DNA of 64,000 nucleotides from a virus (Duplodnaviria > Caudoviricetes), in IMG/VR virus record IMGVR_UViG_3300012662_000009, positions 32,001 to 96,000 of that record. One strand, written 5' to 3'. The notes beneath the pieces were generated by a model, which had not been told where the DNA came from, made no database searches, and saw only the letters and a list, made by a program, of their open reading frames with translations. Position numbers and translations under genes: made by a program. The first letter of the stretch is position 1. Each line of letters opens with the position of its first letter. Below are positions 30,069-40,224 of the stretch, piece by piece.

Positions 30069-30878
30069 TTATAATGTATTTGGCATAAAGAAATAATCTG
30101 CAGCTCTATTGTTTTGAATCCATTCATCAATCTTTTCCATTTCTTCAGAAGCTTGATCAGAAAGATTAGAATAATTTATAGTAACTCCACCAGGAAGTTT
30201 AAATTCAAATATTCCATAAATAGTCGAAAGTGCTCTTTTACAGAGACATACAACATATCTAAAGAAATAATAATTATTATAAAGATCCTGGATGCGACAT
30301 CTTATTGAGCATGCTATTAAAAGATCTGACCATCCAAGATCACCTAATATCACTAATTTAGATGAATAAGTATTATAATTATATGTTAATGGGGGATTTA
30401 ATGTCTGATTAAAAGTATCTACTTCATACATAGAAGTAACTACATCATGTAATGTATAACCAACACCATTAATACCAAATCCCGATCCTATAGTACCTAC
30501 TCCGCCAAACATTGAGTACGAAGACATCATCATACGTTCTATAGAAAAATCTCCCATAGCACCATATTTAAGATGTTGCTGCATTTTATATACACCATGT
30601 ACACCTAAGATCTGATTAGGTAATTGAATAATTTTATTAAGTTTATTGCCTTTGCATATATCAGAGTTCTTAACTAAATAATGTCGTTCCTCAGCAGAAT
30701 AATCATCGTTCTGCCAAAAATATTGCGCTGCTTGTATAATAAACTCTGGTATACGCTCAATAGGCACAGCAAAGGGCAGCGCACATGACTGAGTAACCTC
30801 TGATTGTACTCTTAATATGAATTGATAATCAATTTCATCCTCCAATTCAGGAGTCCATATAATTCCATCTTTATCCAC
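30069..30878 (-). CDS. gp13: Neck protein, T4 gp13-like
   Basis: IIQLPNQILGV, YNYNTYSSKLVI, KLPGGVTINY...EEMEKI. Confidence 0.75.
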   Translation of the reverse strand: MDKDGIIWTPELEDEIDYQFILRVQSEVTQSCALPFAVPIERIPEFIIQAAQYFWQNDDYSAEERHYLVKNSDICKGNKLNKIIQLPNQILGVHGVYKMQQHLKYGAMGDFSIERMMMSSYSMFGGVGTIGSGFGINGVGYTLHDVVTSMYEVDTFNQTLNPPLTYNYNTYSSKLVILGDLGWSDLLIACSIRCRIQDLYNNYYFFRYVVCLCKRALSTIYGIFEFKLPGGVTINYSNLSDQASEEMEKIDEWIQNNRAADYFFMPNTL

Positions 30879-31025
30879 ATTTATATAATAAGTTATTATT
30901 AAGACATCATTAAATGGGTATATTAGGTTATATTTTTTAAGAAATTAATAAATTTTGAGCAAATTTTAACACATAATGGTAAAGAACCTTAATTAACAGG
31001 TTATATTAATGCATGTTTAAGAACT

Positions 31026-32219
31026 ATGGAAGAATACAAGGATAACTTACATAATTTTATTAAGAATAATGAAGAATTAATATCTGAATATGATTTAATA
31101 GATTCTGCAATACCTGTGGAATGTTGTGAAGAAGAAATTATAGGGATTTTCAAGAGTATTAAAAAGCTCAATAAAAAAGCAAGTTTTGATATAGTACTTA
31201 GTAGATCCCTTAATATGTCCGTAAAATATCAGGTGTCTATAATAGATAGTATGGAGTGTATCTTATCAAATCTGTCTATAGATGGATCTAAATCTAATAT
31301 AACACAAGCATATTTTAGAGAGATCAATGATATATATAAAAAGAACCACAATAATTATAATATAGATTTCGATCCGGAAAATCGGGATCAAATTATTAAA
31401 ATGAATCTTAAAACAGTTATATCTGTTGCGAAGAGATATCAAGGCCTTGGATTAAGTCTAAATGAACTCATATCAGCCGGTAATATGGGGTTGTGCATGG
31501 CTTTTGATAAATTTGATCCAACCAAATCAACATTAAGAGACGATGTATTAAACGCAGTCAGTACTCTTCCCGAAGTAGCTGATTTTGCTGATATAAAGAA
31601 TACTATAGAAGGATATTTTTCCTATGGTGATTTACAAAAGAAATTTGCATCATACTTTTATCCTGGTAATACATATCTTAAAAAAGATATAATTAAATGG
31701 GTTCGGAGCAACGTCTTTAATGCAAAATTCAATTCGGTTGCTGTAATGTGGATCCGTGCATATATCTTAATAGAACTCGATAATTTCTCCAGGGTAGTCA
31801 AAAAACCCAAAGCTGAAATTTATAAAGATAAAAAAGAAACGGGGACATATCAAAGAGAATCTATAGTAGATATTGATGCACCCGTTTCGGATGATTCCGA
31901 TACACCGATCTCAGGATTTTTTCAGTCTGAAAATGAAATAAATGATTTAGAAATATCTGAATCTTATGGGATTTTTAAGAAAGGTTTAAGTGTTCTTTTA
32001 GATGGTGTTAAACAACGCGACAGAAGTATTTTCCTCAAAAAATTCGGCATAGGACTTCCGAGACCTATGTTACCTAAAGAAATAGCTGAACAGGAAGGTC
32101 TTTCGATAGCGCGTATCTCGCAAATTTTTCAAACTGTTATAGAGCAGATGCAAAGAAATCAAGTGAAGTACAATGTAGACCCTAATGTACTTTTTGATGC
32201 TGTTAAAAAAATCTTATAA
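31026..32219 (+). CDS. Sigma-70 family (RpoD/RpoS-like) sigma factor with an insertion in region 2
   Basis: NLKTVISVAKRYQGLGLSLNELISAGNMGL..AFDKFDP, KFNSVAVMWIRAYI, and region 4 KFGIG...EIAEQEGLSIARISQI. Confidence 0.9.
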   Translation: MEEYKDNLHNFIKNNEELISEYDLIDSAIPVECCEEEIIGIFKSIKKLNKKASFDIVLSRSLNMSVKYQVSIIDSMECILSNLSIDGSKSNITQAYFREINDIYKKNHNNYNIDFDPENRDQIIKMNLKTVISVAKRYQGLGLSLNELISAGNMGLCMAFDKFDPTKSTLRDDVLNAVSTLPEVADFADIKNTIEGYFSYGDLQKKFASYFYPGNTYLKKDIIKWVRSNVFNAKFNSVAVMWIRAYILIELDNFSRVVKKPKAEIYKDKKETGTYQRESIVDIDAPVSDDSDTPISGFFQSENEINDLEISESYGIFKKGLSVLLDGVKQRDRSIFLKKFGIGLPRPMLPKEIAEQEGLSIARISQIFQTVIEQMQRNQVKYNVDPNVLFDAVKKIL

Positions 32220-32223
32220 TAAG

Positions 32224-33006
32224 ATGAAATATATAGGAGTAAGAGGTCATAGAGGTGCAGGTAAAGTGTCTATATCATATTTATTAGGCAATACGTTGAG
32301 CTACTTAATACATCATAAAGGAACTATTAATGATGATTTTGATGCATTATATGATAGATTAGTTGATGATGTTATGAATGATGAAAATTGCATATATGAA
32401 TCATCTCTTGATAATATCATATTTGAATCATTTTCTGGTAATATATTGTTTTTCATAGAATTATTAACAGGTATACCAAATGAATGTCTTATATCTGATT
32501 ATTATAAGGATCATATATTAATCAATTTGAAAGACTTTTCTTTTAATGAGTATAAAGAAATTCCACAGGATCTTAAAATATATTCCCATGAAAAAATTTA
32601 TGATGCTATTCCAAAAGATCTTCCACCAGCTAAAATAGCAGAGGATGTATATGTGCTTTTAAGAGATTTTATAATATATTTTGGTATGGATGTTATGCAA
32701 AGGTTCTTCGGTGTTAATGTTTGGGTTAAGTCATTAGAAGCTGGTTATAAGATTTTACCAGAGGATTGTTATAATGATTATAAAATATACTTTGATGTCA
32801 AGACCCCTGCAGAGGTTTCTTATATAAAGAATAAAGGAGGTCTTATAATAAATATAAATAGGTCTTTGAATAAAAAAGAATCCAAAGACCTAAATAAACT
32901 TAGTAAAGATATTCGTATAGATTATAATATAGAAATTAAGGGATCCTTAAAAGATCTTAAAAAAAGTTTAATTGACATTTGTCAAGATATTTATCATAAA
33001 TATTAA
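32224..33006 (+). CDS. Deoxynucleoside monophosphate kinase-like (T4 gp1-like)
   Basis: YIGVRGHRGAGK P-loop, FGMDVMQRFFGVNVWVK, DVKTPAE...KGGLIINI. Confidence 0.65.
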   Translation: MKYIGVRGHRGAGKVSISYLLGNTLSYLIHHKGTINDDFDALYDRLVDDVMNDENCIYESSLDNIIFESFSGNILFFIELLTGIPNECLISDYYKDHILINLKDFSFNEYKEIPQDLKIYSHEKIYDAIPKDLPPAKIAEDVYVLLRDFIIYFGMDVMQRFFGVNVWVKSLEAGYKILPEDCYNDYKIYFDVKTPAEVSYIKNKGGLIININRSLNKKESKDLNKLSKDIRIDYNIEIKGSLKDLKKSLIDICQDIYHKY

Positions 33007-33539
33007 AGAGTTATGTTGATCTTTTCAGGATATCCTGTTGTATAATCATAATTATTAATTTCTTCCTCCGTAGACAGAGCATTTACAGAACTTTTATGAG
33101 CTTCTGTGACATCAAAACACTCATCTGCATAAGCACTTACCAGATTTATAAGTTGTATACCCATATCAGGAGCAAGCTCTAATGTAAGACCTTGATAGAT
33201 AAGCTTAGTTTTTTCTTTACCGGCATCTTTTTCTCTCTGAAAACGATCTTTTATAACTATTCGCTCCTCTCTCGAAAGCCATAGAGCTATTCCCCCCACA
33301 TAAAAAGTATTTACCTCAGGAGACTTATCATAATCTTTAATTTCTTGTAATTTAAGATTTCTCAGATCCTCTATGGTAGGCTCGGGAAGAACATATTTAA
33401 TCCATCCATCAGCTAAAATCATTTCTTCGGTAGGATTAATAGTCTGATATTCTTCGCCATCCTCGGGGTCTATTGTTAATATTACTATTTGATCCCTATA
33501 TTTTCTTTGATCACCTTTAATATATAAATCCATAATCAT
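33003..33539 (-). CDS. DUF4376-like tail fibre assembly/chaperone protein
   Basis: KLQEIKDYDKSPEVNTF, YADECFDVTEAH, YDYTTGYPE. Confidence 0.75.
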   Translation of the reverse strand: MIMDLYIKGDQRKYRDQIVILTIDPEDGEEYQTINPTEEMILADGWIKYVLPEPTIEDLRNLKLQEIKDYDKSPEVNTFYVGGIALWLSREERIVIKDRFQREKDAGKEKTKLIYQGLTLELAPDMGIQLINLVSAYADECFDVTEAHKSSVNALSTEEEINNYDYTTGYPEKINITL

Positions 33540-34513
33540 TAAAACTTAGCTATAATAGCACATTTATTTAATACTGATAATTGATAATGAGTAGAAGCTT
33601 CTAATGTAGGAACTGCTCCATTCAACCAAGTTACACCAGAAGGCATTGTAATAGTAGGAGCAGTGGTGCCAGTAGTAAAATCTAAAACATACTCAGGTTC
33701 ACCCCTTCCAGGATTTTGAAATTTTATAGTGAATTTATCCGGAGCAGCCGCTGTGAGCTTATTAAAGTAATTACCCTTTAAATATATAGTACCACCAGAG
33801 GCAACCGAAGTTATTGTATTAACTAATTTACCGTTATATATAGTATTATTAATACTCGTAGTTAATGAGGTTTTTGTGTCATCTATAATATCATAAAGAT
33901 CATTATTATTAATACTATAAGGCATCTGAGATTGTGATAATGTAGCTGTTATATTACTTATTTTAATAAAGAAACCAAATATTGCTGTATCATCAGTGGT
34001 TTCAAATGCTATAAATAACTTATGATTAACAGTTCCGTTACCCGTTAAGGTTATTTTTGCTTGATAATAATTATAAGTATCAGAGAGTGTAAATGAATTG
34101 TCGGTTACAAAACTACTAATATTATTTGATAGACTATTATTCACCCAAGTGGATATAACTAATTTTGGTATAGCTAAATTTTCAATCTCATATTTAGCGG
34201 CATAGAAGTTGACGCAAATAGTATCTCCAGCCTTTAAATTTTCTGGGTGTATTAGAGGTACTTGTATACAAGATGCTATTGAGTTAATATCAAAACTATC
34301 TCCTTCTGCATAAAAGGTATCTAAACCATTTACTTGTTCATTCAATGGATAAAGATTACTTGTATAATCTTTTTCTAAGAATACCACAGAAGATCCTGAG
34401 AAGGTTTTTGACCCCGATATAATATTAGTATCAGAATTTTTAAGACTTTCAAGTTTCGATATAAGTTTACTGTTATTATATTCAAGACCTGTTAGATCAA
34501 GATATTTAGGCAT
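33539..34513 (-). CDS. Putative tail fibre/adaptor protein
   Basis: N-terminal KYLDLTGL; C-terminal FTTGTTAPTITMPSGVTWLNG..PTLEA..YQLSV. Confidence 0.6.
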   Translation of the reverse strand: MPKYLDLTGLEYNNSKLISKLESLKNSDTNIISGSKTFSGSSVVFLEKDYTSNLYPLNEQVNGLDTFYAEGDSFDINSIASCIQVPLIHPENLKAGDTICVNFYAAKYEIENLAIPKLVISTWVNNSLSNNISSFVTDNSFTLSDTYNYYQAKITLTGNGTVNHKLFIAFETTDDTAIFGFFIKISNITATLSQSQMPYSINNNDLYDIIDDTKTSLTTSINNTIYNGKLVNTITSVASGGTIYLKGNYFNKLTAAAPDKFTIKFQNPGRGEPEYVLDFTTGTTAPTITMPSGVTWLNGAVPTLEASTHYQLSVLNKCAIIAKF

Positions 34514-34617
34514 ATCTTTATTAAGTTTTATTTTATAATAATAGTTCTTTTGAAACCAATTAAATATGTTTAGGTGCTTTTATATATTAAAACAATTAAT
34601 CATTAAAACATTTTTAT

Positions 34618-36576
34618 ATGACAGCAAATAAAGTAGTTATTAGTCTTTCGGGGGGTCTTGATAGTACTTGTCTCCTATTGAAACTCCTAAGTGAAGGTAA
34701 AGAAGTTCATGCATATTCTTTTAAGTATGGCCAGAAGCATGAGATAGAACTTGCAAAAGTTAAAAAGAATATTAAATTCCTTCAGGATAAGGGATTCAAA
34801 GTCACTCATCAAGTCATTGACCTTACAGATGTCTTTTCAGATTCAGCATCATCTCTTCATCAAGGAGGTGAAGCAATACCTCATGGAGATTATCGTGAGG
34901 AGTCTATGAAGAGTACCGTTGTAGAAAATCGTAATGTAATTTTTGGATCTATTATATACAGTAAAGCTCTTTCATGGGCTAATAAGACTAACAGTAACGT
35001 CTTGATTACTTTAGGGTTACATGCTGGAGATCATTGTTTTACTGGTGATACAAAGATTATTACACCAGATGGATATAAAACTATTAATGACATTAAATCT
35101 GGTGACCCTATCTTTTCTTTTAATCCTAATACTCTCAAAATAGAAGTAGATAAGTGCATAGATATTATTGAAAAGGGGGTTAATAATGAAATTTTCAATA
35201 TTAATACAACAACAGGATTACTAAGGGTTACAGGAGAACATAAAGTATATGTTGTTTCTTATGGGGAATTAGATAGAAGTGGATATTCTAAAAATATTCA
35301 GGAGAAATCTGCAAAGGAACTTAAAATAGGAGACATTCTATTATCTACAAGTACACTACCCAGAAATATTGATCATAAAGTTAAAAATATTAATGTATTT
35401 AGTCCTATTAAAGATTTTATTAATAAAAATATTAATGGATATAACGTTGATATTGAAAATGGGGAGATTATCATTTATAATCCTAATGGTAAAACACTTA
35501 AACCTTGCAAAGAGGAGATGGATGCTAAATCTTTATTGAATCTAATGGCTTGGTATATTACGGAAGGAATGACTTCAAAGCAATATGAAAAGAACAATAA
35601 AGCTTCTCGATTCCTTAGTAGTTTTACTCAATCGGTTTATAAAAATTTAGAGAATTGTGAATCTATTAATGAAGATTTAAATAATCTTAATATAAATATT
35701 TCAGTATCTAAATCTAATAAACTGATTGATAATCTTCCTAAAGAATATACATATCAATTTACGGGGGCTATATCAGCGCTGATGCAAACATGTGGAAATG
35801 GATCTTCAAATAAGATAATTCCTAATTGGATTATGGAGTTTCTCAAGGAGAATAAAGAATATATATATGAATTTATAAATACTATGGTGTCTGGAGATGG
35901 ATATTATGATAAAATATCAGGTATGTATACATATTCTTCAAAATCAAAACAACTAATTGAAGATCTTACTTATCTTATTAAGTCTATTGGATTTTATGTT
36001 AAATATTCACAGAAAAAAAATATTTACATAATTCAATTCGGGAATAATACTCGTAAGCAAGGGCTTATAAGGTTTGGTGATGCTGCAATGACAAAAATTA
36101 CAGACATTACTATATCTCATGATGAAGAGAAAGTATATGATATAACAGTTGAAAAAAATCATAATTTCTTTGCAGGGGAATTTGGTAATGTACTAATATC
36201 CAATTCAATTTACCCGGATTGTCGTCCCGAATCTCAACAAGCAGCTGAGCATCTCTTTAAGATTTCCAATTGGGGATCTGAAAAAGTTGATTATATAGCA
36301 CCTTTTATAAATATCGATAAGATGCATGTGCTAGAAGAGGGTGTGAATGCTATGAACGATCTTAAATTTACTCAAGAAGAAATTATGGAGGTGCTTAAAA
36401 ACACTCATACATGTTATGATCCAGATTCTGAAGGAAGATCTTGTGCTAAATGCGGATCGTGTGTCGAACGCGAAGAGTCTTTCGCGTATGTAGGGTTTAT
36501 GGATCCTATAGAGTACCAAGATCCTGAATATGCAAAGAAAAAATATGAGGAGTTTTATAAGAAGTATCATGAATAA
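34618..36576 (+). CDS. queC: 7-cyano-7-deazaguanine (preQ0) synthase QueC, intein-containing
   Basis: PP-loop SGGLDS, YGQKH, RN, H..DH/YPDCRPE and zinc motif CY...CAKCGSC. The spliced product would be about 262 aa. Confidence 0.93.
   Translation: MTANKVVISLSGGLDSTCLLLKLLSEGKEVHAYSFKYGQKHEIELAKVKKNIKFLQDKGFKVTHQVIDLTDVFSDSASSLHQGGEAIPHGDYREESMKSTVVENRNVIFGSIIYSKALSWANKTNSNVLITLGLHAGDHCFTGDTKIITPDGYKTINDIKSGDPIFSFNPNTLKIEVDKCIDIIEKGVNNEIFNINTTTGLLRVTGEHKVYVVSYGELDRSGYSKNIQEKSAKELKIGDILLSTSTLPRNIDHKVKNINVFSPIKDFINKNINGYNVDIENGEIIIYNPNGKTLKPCKEEMDAKSLLNLMAWYITEGMTSKQYEKNNKASRFLSSFTQSVYKNLENCESINEDLNNLNINISVSKSNKLIDNLPKEYTYQFTGAISALMQTCGNGSSNKIIPNWIMEFLKENKEYIYEFINTMVSGDGYYDKISGMYTYSSKSKQLIEDLTYLIKSIGFYVKYSQKKNIYIIQFGNNTRKQGLIRFGDAAMTKITDITISHDEEKVYDITVEKNHNFFAGEFGNVLISNSIYPDCRPESQQAAEHLFKISNWGSEKVDYIAPFINIDKMHVLEEGVNAMNDLKFTQEEIMEVLKNTHTCYDPDSEGRSCAKCGSCVEREESFAYVGFMDPIEYQDPEYAKKKYEEFYKKYHE
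35035..36204 (+). mobile_element. Intein (390 aa) with a LAGLIDADG-type homing endonuclease domain
   Basis: Begins CFTGDT after AGDH; block B VTGEHKV; WYITEG and MVSGDG endonuclease helices; block F VYDITVEKNHNF; ends VLISN before Ser+1. Confidence 0.92.
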
Positions 36577-36593
36577 TTATTAACATTTATTGA

Positions 36594-36626
36594 ATAAGGG
36601 GGTGCTAAAAAAGCATTCCTTTTTTT
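36594..36626 (+). terminator. Intrinsic terminator after queC
   Basis: aagggggtgct-aaaaa-agcattcctt followed by a T-run. Confidence 0.65.
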
Positions 36627-36641
36627 ATATATAATATTATT

Positions 36642-38429
36642 ATGAAATTGAAAGAGGATTATAATAATAATTATAGGATAAAAAAAGATGAATATTATAT
36701 CAGAATCAATTATCCTGATGATTATTTAAACATTAAACAAGTATCGGGGAGATTCTGGAAAGAACAGGTATATCTGTATTTACATGATCTTCCCGGAATA
36801 CCAAAATGCGCTACCTGTGGAAAAGAATTGAAATTTAATCCGAAGAGAACCCCAGCATATCCCACATACTGTTCTTTAAAATGCGCAAATTCTAATAAGA
36901 ATAAAAAACAAAAAACCATCCAAACATGCCTTAAAAAATATGGTGTAGAAAACCCATTTGCTAATGAAGATGTTAAAAAAACCATTAGAAAAACATGTCT
37001 TAAAAAGTACGGCACTGAAATCGCATCCCAATCCAATATTGTAAAGCAACATGTCATTGAAAATAATTTAAAAAAATACGGTGTAGGGCATACTGCTTCT
37101 TTACCCTCTGTAAAGGCTAAAATTGAAAAATCTATTGTTAAAAATTGGGGATCTAAAAAGAACTGGATTAAAAATGTTATGGATTCGACTCATGCAACAA
37201 ATTTAGAACGATATGGAGATCCTTTATATAATAATAGAGAAAAATATAAGAAAACATGTTTGGAGCGCTATGGGGTTGATCATGTATTTAAGGCAGAAGA
37301 AATAAAAGAGAAACTTAGGAAAACTTGTATTGAAAAATATGGATATTATAGTAAACAGATAGCAAAAGCAGCTCAAACATATCCTGATTTTATTTCTTCC
37401 GATGGTACTTCATGGAAAATGAAATGTCCTCATCCTGAATGTAATAAATGTTCTGAAAAGTTCTATACCACAAAATGCCAAATATATTATAGTCGAAATA
37501 AAATAGGAGCTGAACAATGTACGAAAATTCATCCTATTGCTCTCAATATTAGTTCAGAAGAAATAATGATTAAGAGTTGGTTAGATGAATATAATATTGA
37601 ATATATAGAAAATTGTCGAGATATTATACCACCATTGGAACTTGACATTTATATACCTTCAAAGAACATTGCAATAGAATGTAATGGTATTTACTGGCAT
37701 TCAACAGAAAATAAAAATAAGAAATATCATATAGACAAATTTATTAAATGTCAAGAAAAAGGTATACAATTATTATCGATATGGGAGGATCAAATTAAGA
37801 ATAAACCAAATATTGTTAAATCATTGATACTTTCAAAATTAGGTATATATAAAGAAAGAATATATGCCCGTAAATGTACTATTAAAAAAGTAAATAGTAA
37901 AGAAAGCAATATATTTTTAAATCAAAATCACTTGCAAGGAAAAATAAATTCTTCTATTAGATATGGTTTATATTATAAAGATGAATTAATATCTCTTATG
38001 ACATTTAATAAAAGAAGAGTTGGGTATGGTGGTAAATTTAAAGAAGGGCAATATGAATTGTCAAGATTCTGTAATAAATTAAATATGCAAGTAATTGGTG
38101 GTGCATCGAAACTTCAAAAGCAATTTATAAGGGATTATAATCCAGACAGTATATTATCATGGTCTTCAAATGATATTTCTAATGGTCACTTGTATAAATC
38201 ATTAGGATACATATGTTCAGGTAATATACAGGAATCTTATTGGTATATTAATTGTGACAATCATAGATATCATAGGTACACATTTAGTAAAATAAATATA
38301 CAAAAAAAAGGTTGGGCTCCAGATGCTGAAAATTGGACGGAGCAAGAAGTAATGAGAACCAAAGGATTCTACCAAATATATGATTCTGGTACTCAAAGAT
38401 GGGAATTGCCACTAAATATTCACCCATAA
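36642..38429 (+). CDS. Putative free-standing endonuclease (Zn ribbon, KYGV repeats, Vsr/PD-(D/E)XK-like domain, GNAT/Mom-like C-terminal domain)
   Basis: CATCGK..YCSLKC, repeated TCLKKYGV, ELDIYIPSKNIAIECNGIYWH, YELSRFC...GGASKL...YDSG. Confidence 0.75.
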   Translation: MKLKEDYNNNYRIKKDEYYIRINYPDDYLNIKQVSGRFWKEQVYLYLHDLPGIPKCATCGKELKFNPKRTPAYPTYCSLKCANSNKNKKQKTIQTCLKKYGVENPFANEDVKKTIRKTCLKKYGTEIASQSNIVKQHVIENNLKKYGVGHTASLPSVKAKIEKSIVKNWGSKKNWIKNVMDSTHATNLERYGDPLYNNREKYKKTCLERYGVDHVFKAEEIKEKLRKTCIEKYGYYSKQIAKAAQTYPDFISSDGTSWKMKCPHPECNKCSEKFYTTKCQIYYSRNKIGAEQCTKIHPIALNISSEEIMIKSWLDEYNIEYIENCRDIIPPLELDIYIPSKNIAIECNGIYWHSTENKNKKYHIDKFIKCQEKGIQLLSIWEDQIKNKPNIVKSLILSKLGIYKERIYARKCTIKKVNSKESNIFLNQNHLQGKINSSIRYGLYYKDELISLMTFNKRRVGYGGKFKEGQYELSRFCNKLNMQVIGGASKLQKQFIRDYNPDSILSWSSNDISNGHLYKSLGYICSGNIQESYWYINCDNHRYHRYTFSKINIQKKGWAPDAENWTEQEVMRTKGFYQIYDSGTQRWELPLNIHP

Positions 38430-38440
38430 TTTGTTATATC

Positions 38441-38484
38441 AATACATAACTAATATAAATGTATATATGAGTATTTTTGATGAT
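38441..38484 (+). repeat. 44-bp exact direct repeat with 54463-54506
   Basis: aatacataactaatataaatgtatatatgagtatttttgatgat, covering the upstream region and start of a family A gene. Confidence 0.9.
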
Positions 38485-39114
38485 GATATGATAAATAGAA
38501 CTTCTGACGAGGGTATTTTACAGCAACTCACGAAGTTCTTTGATAATCCAAATATAGATGGTTATTGTAGTGTATCCAATGGAATAATTTCCATAAAAGA
38601 TCATTATACGCATAGCATATATATCAAAAAAAGATTCCCTGAATACTTTAAATTTGACGGGTTCTGGGATAAAACCGCATGTATTATACAAAGTACTTAT
38701 GGTGATATTACATCTCAAGATGATATAAAGAATATTAAAGGTCCTATTGTGGATGTTGATGTAAATATCAGTAATTGTACATTAAAAATAAAAGATTTCC
38801 TAAAAATTACCAAAAAATTTAAGAATATTAATTTATATTGTGACCAGTGGGTTAGAATAAACGTTTATATTTATAAATTAAATTCTATAGGAGACCTTAG
38901 GCAAATTAAAAGTAATAAAAATAAATTAAGTTGTATTATTCCATTAGATTTATATACAAATATAAAAGACCTATTATGTTCTGATGTTAACATATATAAA
39001 AATCTTATGGCGACATTATACTATCAAAATAATATAATAGAAATAATATCTCCTTCGGGATCAACAATATACTTAGAAAATATCTTACATGGGAAAGATC
39101 AGATCAAATCCTAA
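38467..39114 (+). CDS. Hypothetical protein, divergent family A member (no leader)
   Basis: MSIFDDDMIN...KRFPEYFKFD...ITSQDD. Confidence 0.7.
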   Translation: MSIFDDDMINRTSDEGILQQLTKFFDNPNIDGYCSVSNGIISIKDHYTHSIYIKKRFPEYFKFDGFWDKTACIIQSTYGDITSQDDIKNIKGPIVDVDVNISNCTLKIKDFLKITKKFKNINLYCDQWVRINVYIYKLNSIGDLRQIKSNKNKLSCIIPLDLYTNIKDLLCSDVNIYKNLMATLYYQNNIIEIISPSGSTIYLENILHGKDQIKS

Positions 39115-39160
39115 ATAAATACACATATTCATAATATCACAACAAAAAAGTAAAAACGTG

Positions 39161-39253
39161 TTTAGATGCGATTTAACACAACAAAATAGGCTCGGATATA
39201 GATTTATATATCTAAGCCTGTTTTCATTGAAATTTGATATGTTTATGAGCGTT
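39161..39253. repeat. Dispersed hairpin element, copy 3
   Basis: Core at 39195-39212. Confidence 0.9.
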
Positions 39254-40158
39254 TAATAAGTACTTGCTGACCATTTAGATGGTTTGGCATTAATGACAGT
39301 GGAGAAATTTCCTCCGGTGGGATAATACAAGGTACCGGAAGTTGTTATATTAGCGAACATATTAGTAGTGTTTGTAACGGCTCCCATATTATATCCAAAA
39401 CGAACCGATGTAAGAGTATTACAATTATTAAACATATGACTTGCATTGGTAACTCCTGAGAAATTAAAACACCTTAAATCAAAACCTGTGGTGGTCTTGC
39501 AGCCGTAAAACATAGCATAAGTATTTGTAAGTTTAGACGAGGTCTTGATATTATTAAAATTAAAAGATATTCCTGGGTGGTTCTGTGCATGACACATTCC
39601 CTGCATTGTTGTTACATTACTTAAGTCACATCCTGACATATTGAGTGATGTGAGTGCAGAAGTAGCAGTTTCATCAGGATTCCAAAGCATATATGCACAA
39701 TTGGTTACTTTAGAAGTATCTTTACCGGATAAATTAAGTGATTGTAGGGATGTTGCTGAGTGCCATGTAGAATATAATGAGGTGCAATTAGATAAGTCTA
39801 TATGGGATAGGTCACAGGAAATTAAAGAAGTACATCCTCTGAACATAAAAGCCATTGAATTGAATTTGCTCATGTCCATGATGAAGTCTACATAAAAAGT
39901 AGAACCAGGTTCAACTGCATATGGAGTAAATTCATTATAACCCCAAATACGGGATGGTTCATATACTAACTCAATACCTGAACCTGGTACTCTAATAACC
40001 ATTAAATATATCTGAGATAAATCAAATAATTCAGGTTCATCTAATATTCTATACGTTCCTACCTCATAATATCCATTATATTGACATGTTATATACTCTC
40101 CCTCTCTATACACAAGTTGTTTCTTTGGATTTTGAGTCATTAAATATCTTCTTCTCAT
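39253..40158 (-). CDS. BspA-like / DUF285-type LRR protein (candidate receptor-binding or adhesin)
   Basis: MRRR start; repeats DTSKVTNC, DLSNVTTMQGM, FSGVTNASHMF; C-terminal SGTLYYP...PSKW. Confidence 0.75.
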   Translation of the reverse strand: MRRRYLMTQNPKKQLVYREGEYITCQYNGYYEVGTYRILDEPELFDLSQIYLMVIRVPGSGIELVYEPSRIWGYNEFTPYAVEPGSTFYVDFIMDMSKFNSMAFMFRGCTSLISCDLSHIDLSNCTSLYSTWHSATSLQSLNLSGKDTSKVTNCAYMLWNPDETATSALTSLNMSGCDLSNVTTMQGMCHAQNHPGISFNFNNIKTSSKLTNTYAMFYGCKTTTGFDLRCFNFSGVTNASHMFNNCNTLTSVRFGYNMGAVTNTTNMFANITTSGTLYYPTGGNFSTVINAKPSKWSASTY

Positions 40159-40224
40159 GTATATATAATAAAAAATAGGACCTATAAAGATCCTATTTTT
40201 ATTTATATAGAGATTCTAATTATC

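Noticed and set aside
3902-40158. Diversity-generating retroelement acting on the LRR or fibre genes
   Set aside because: No reverse transcriptase and no template/variable repeat pair with adenine-specific mismatches were seen in this window.
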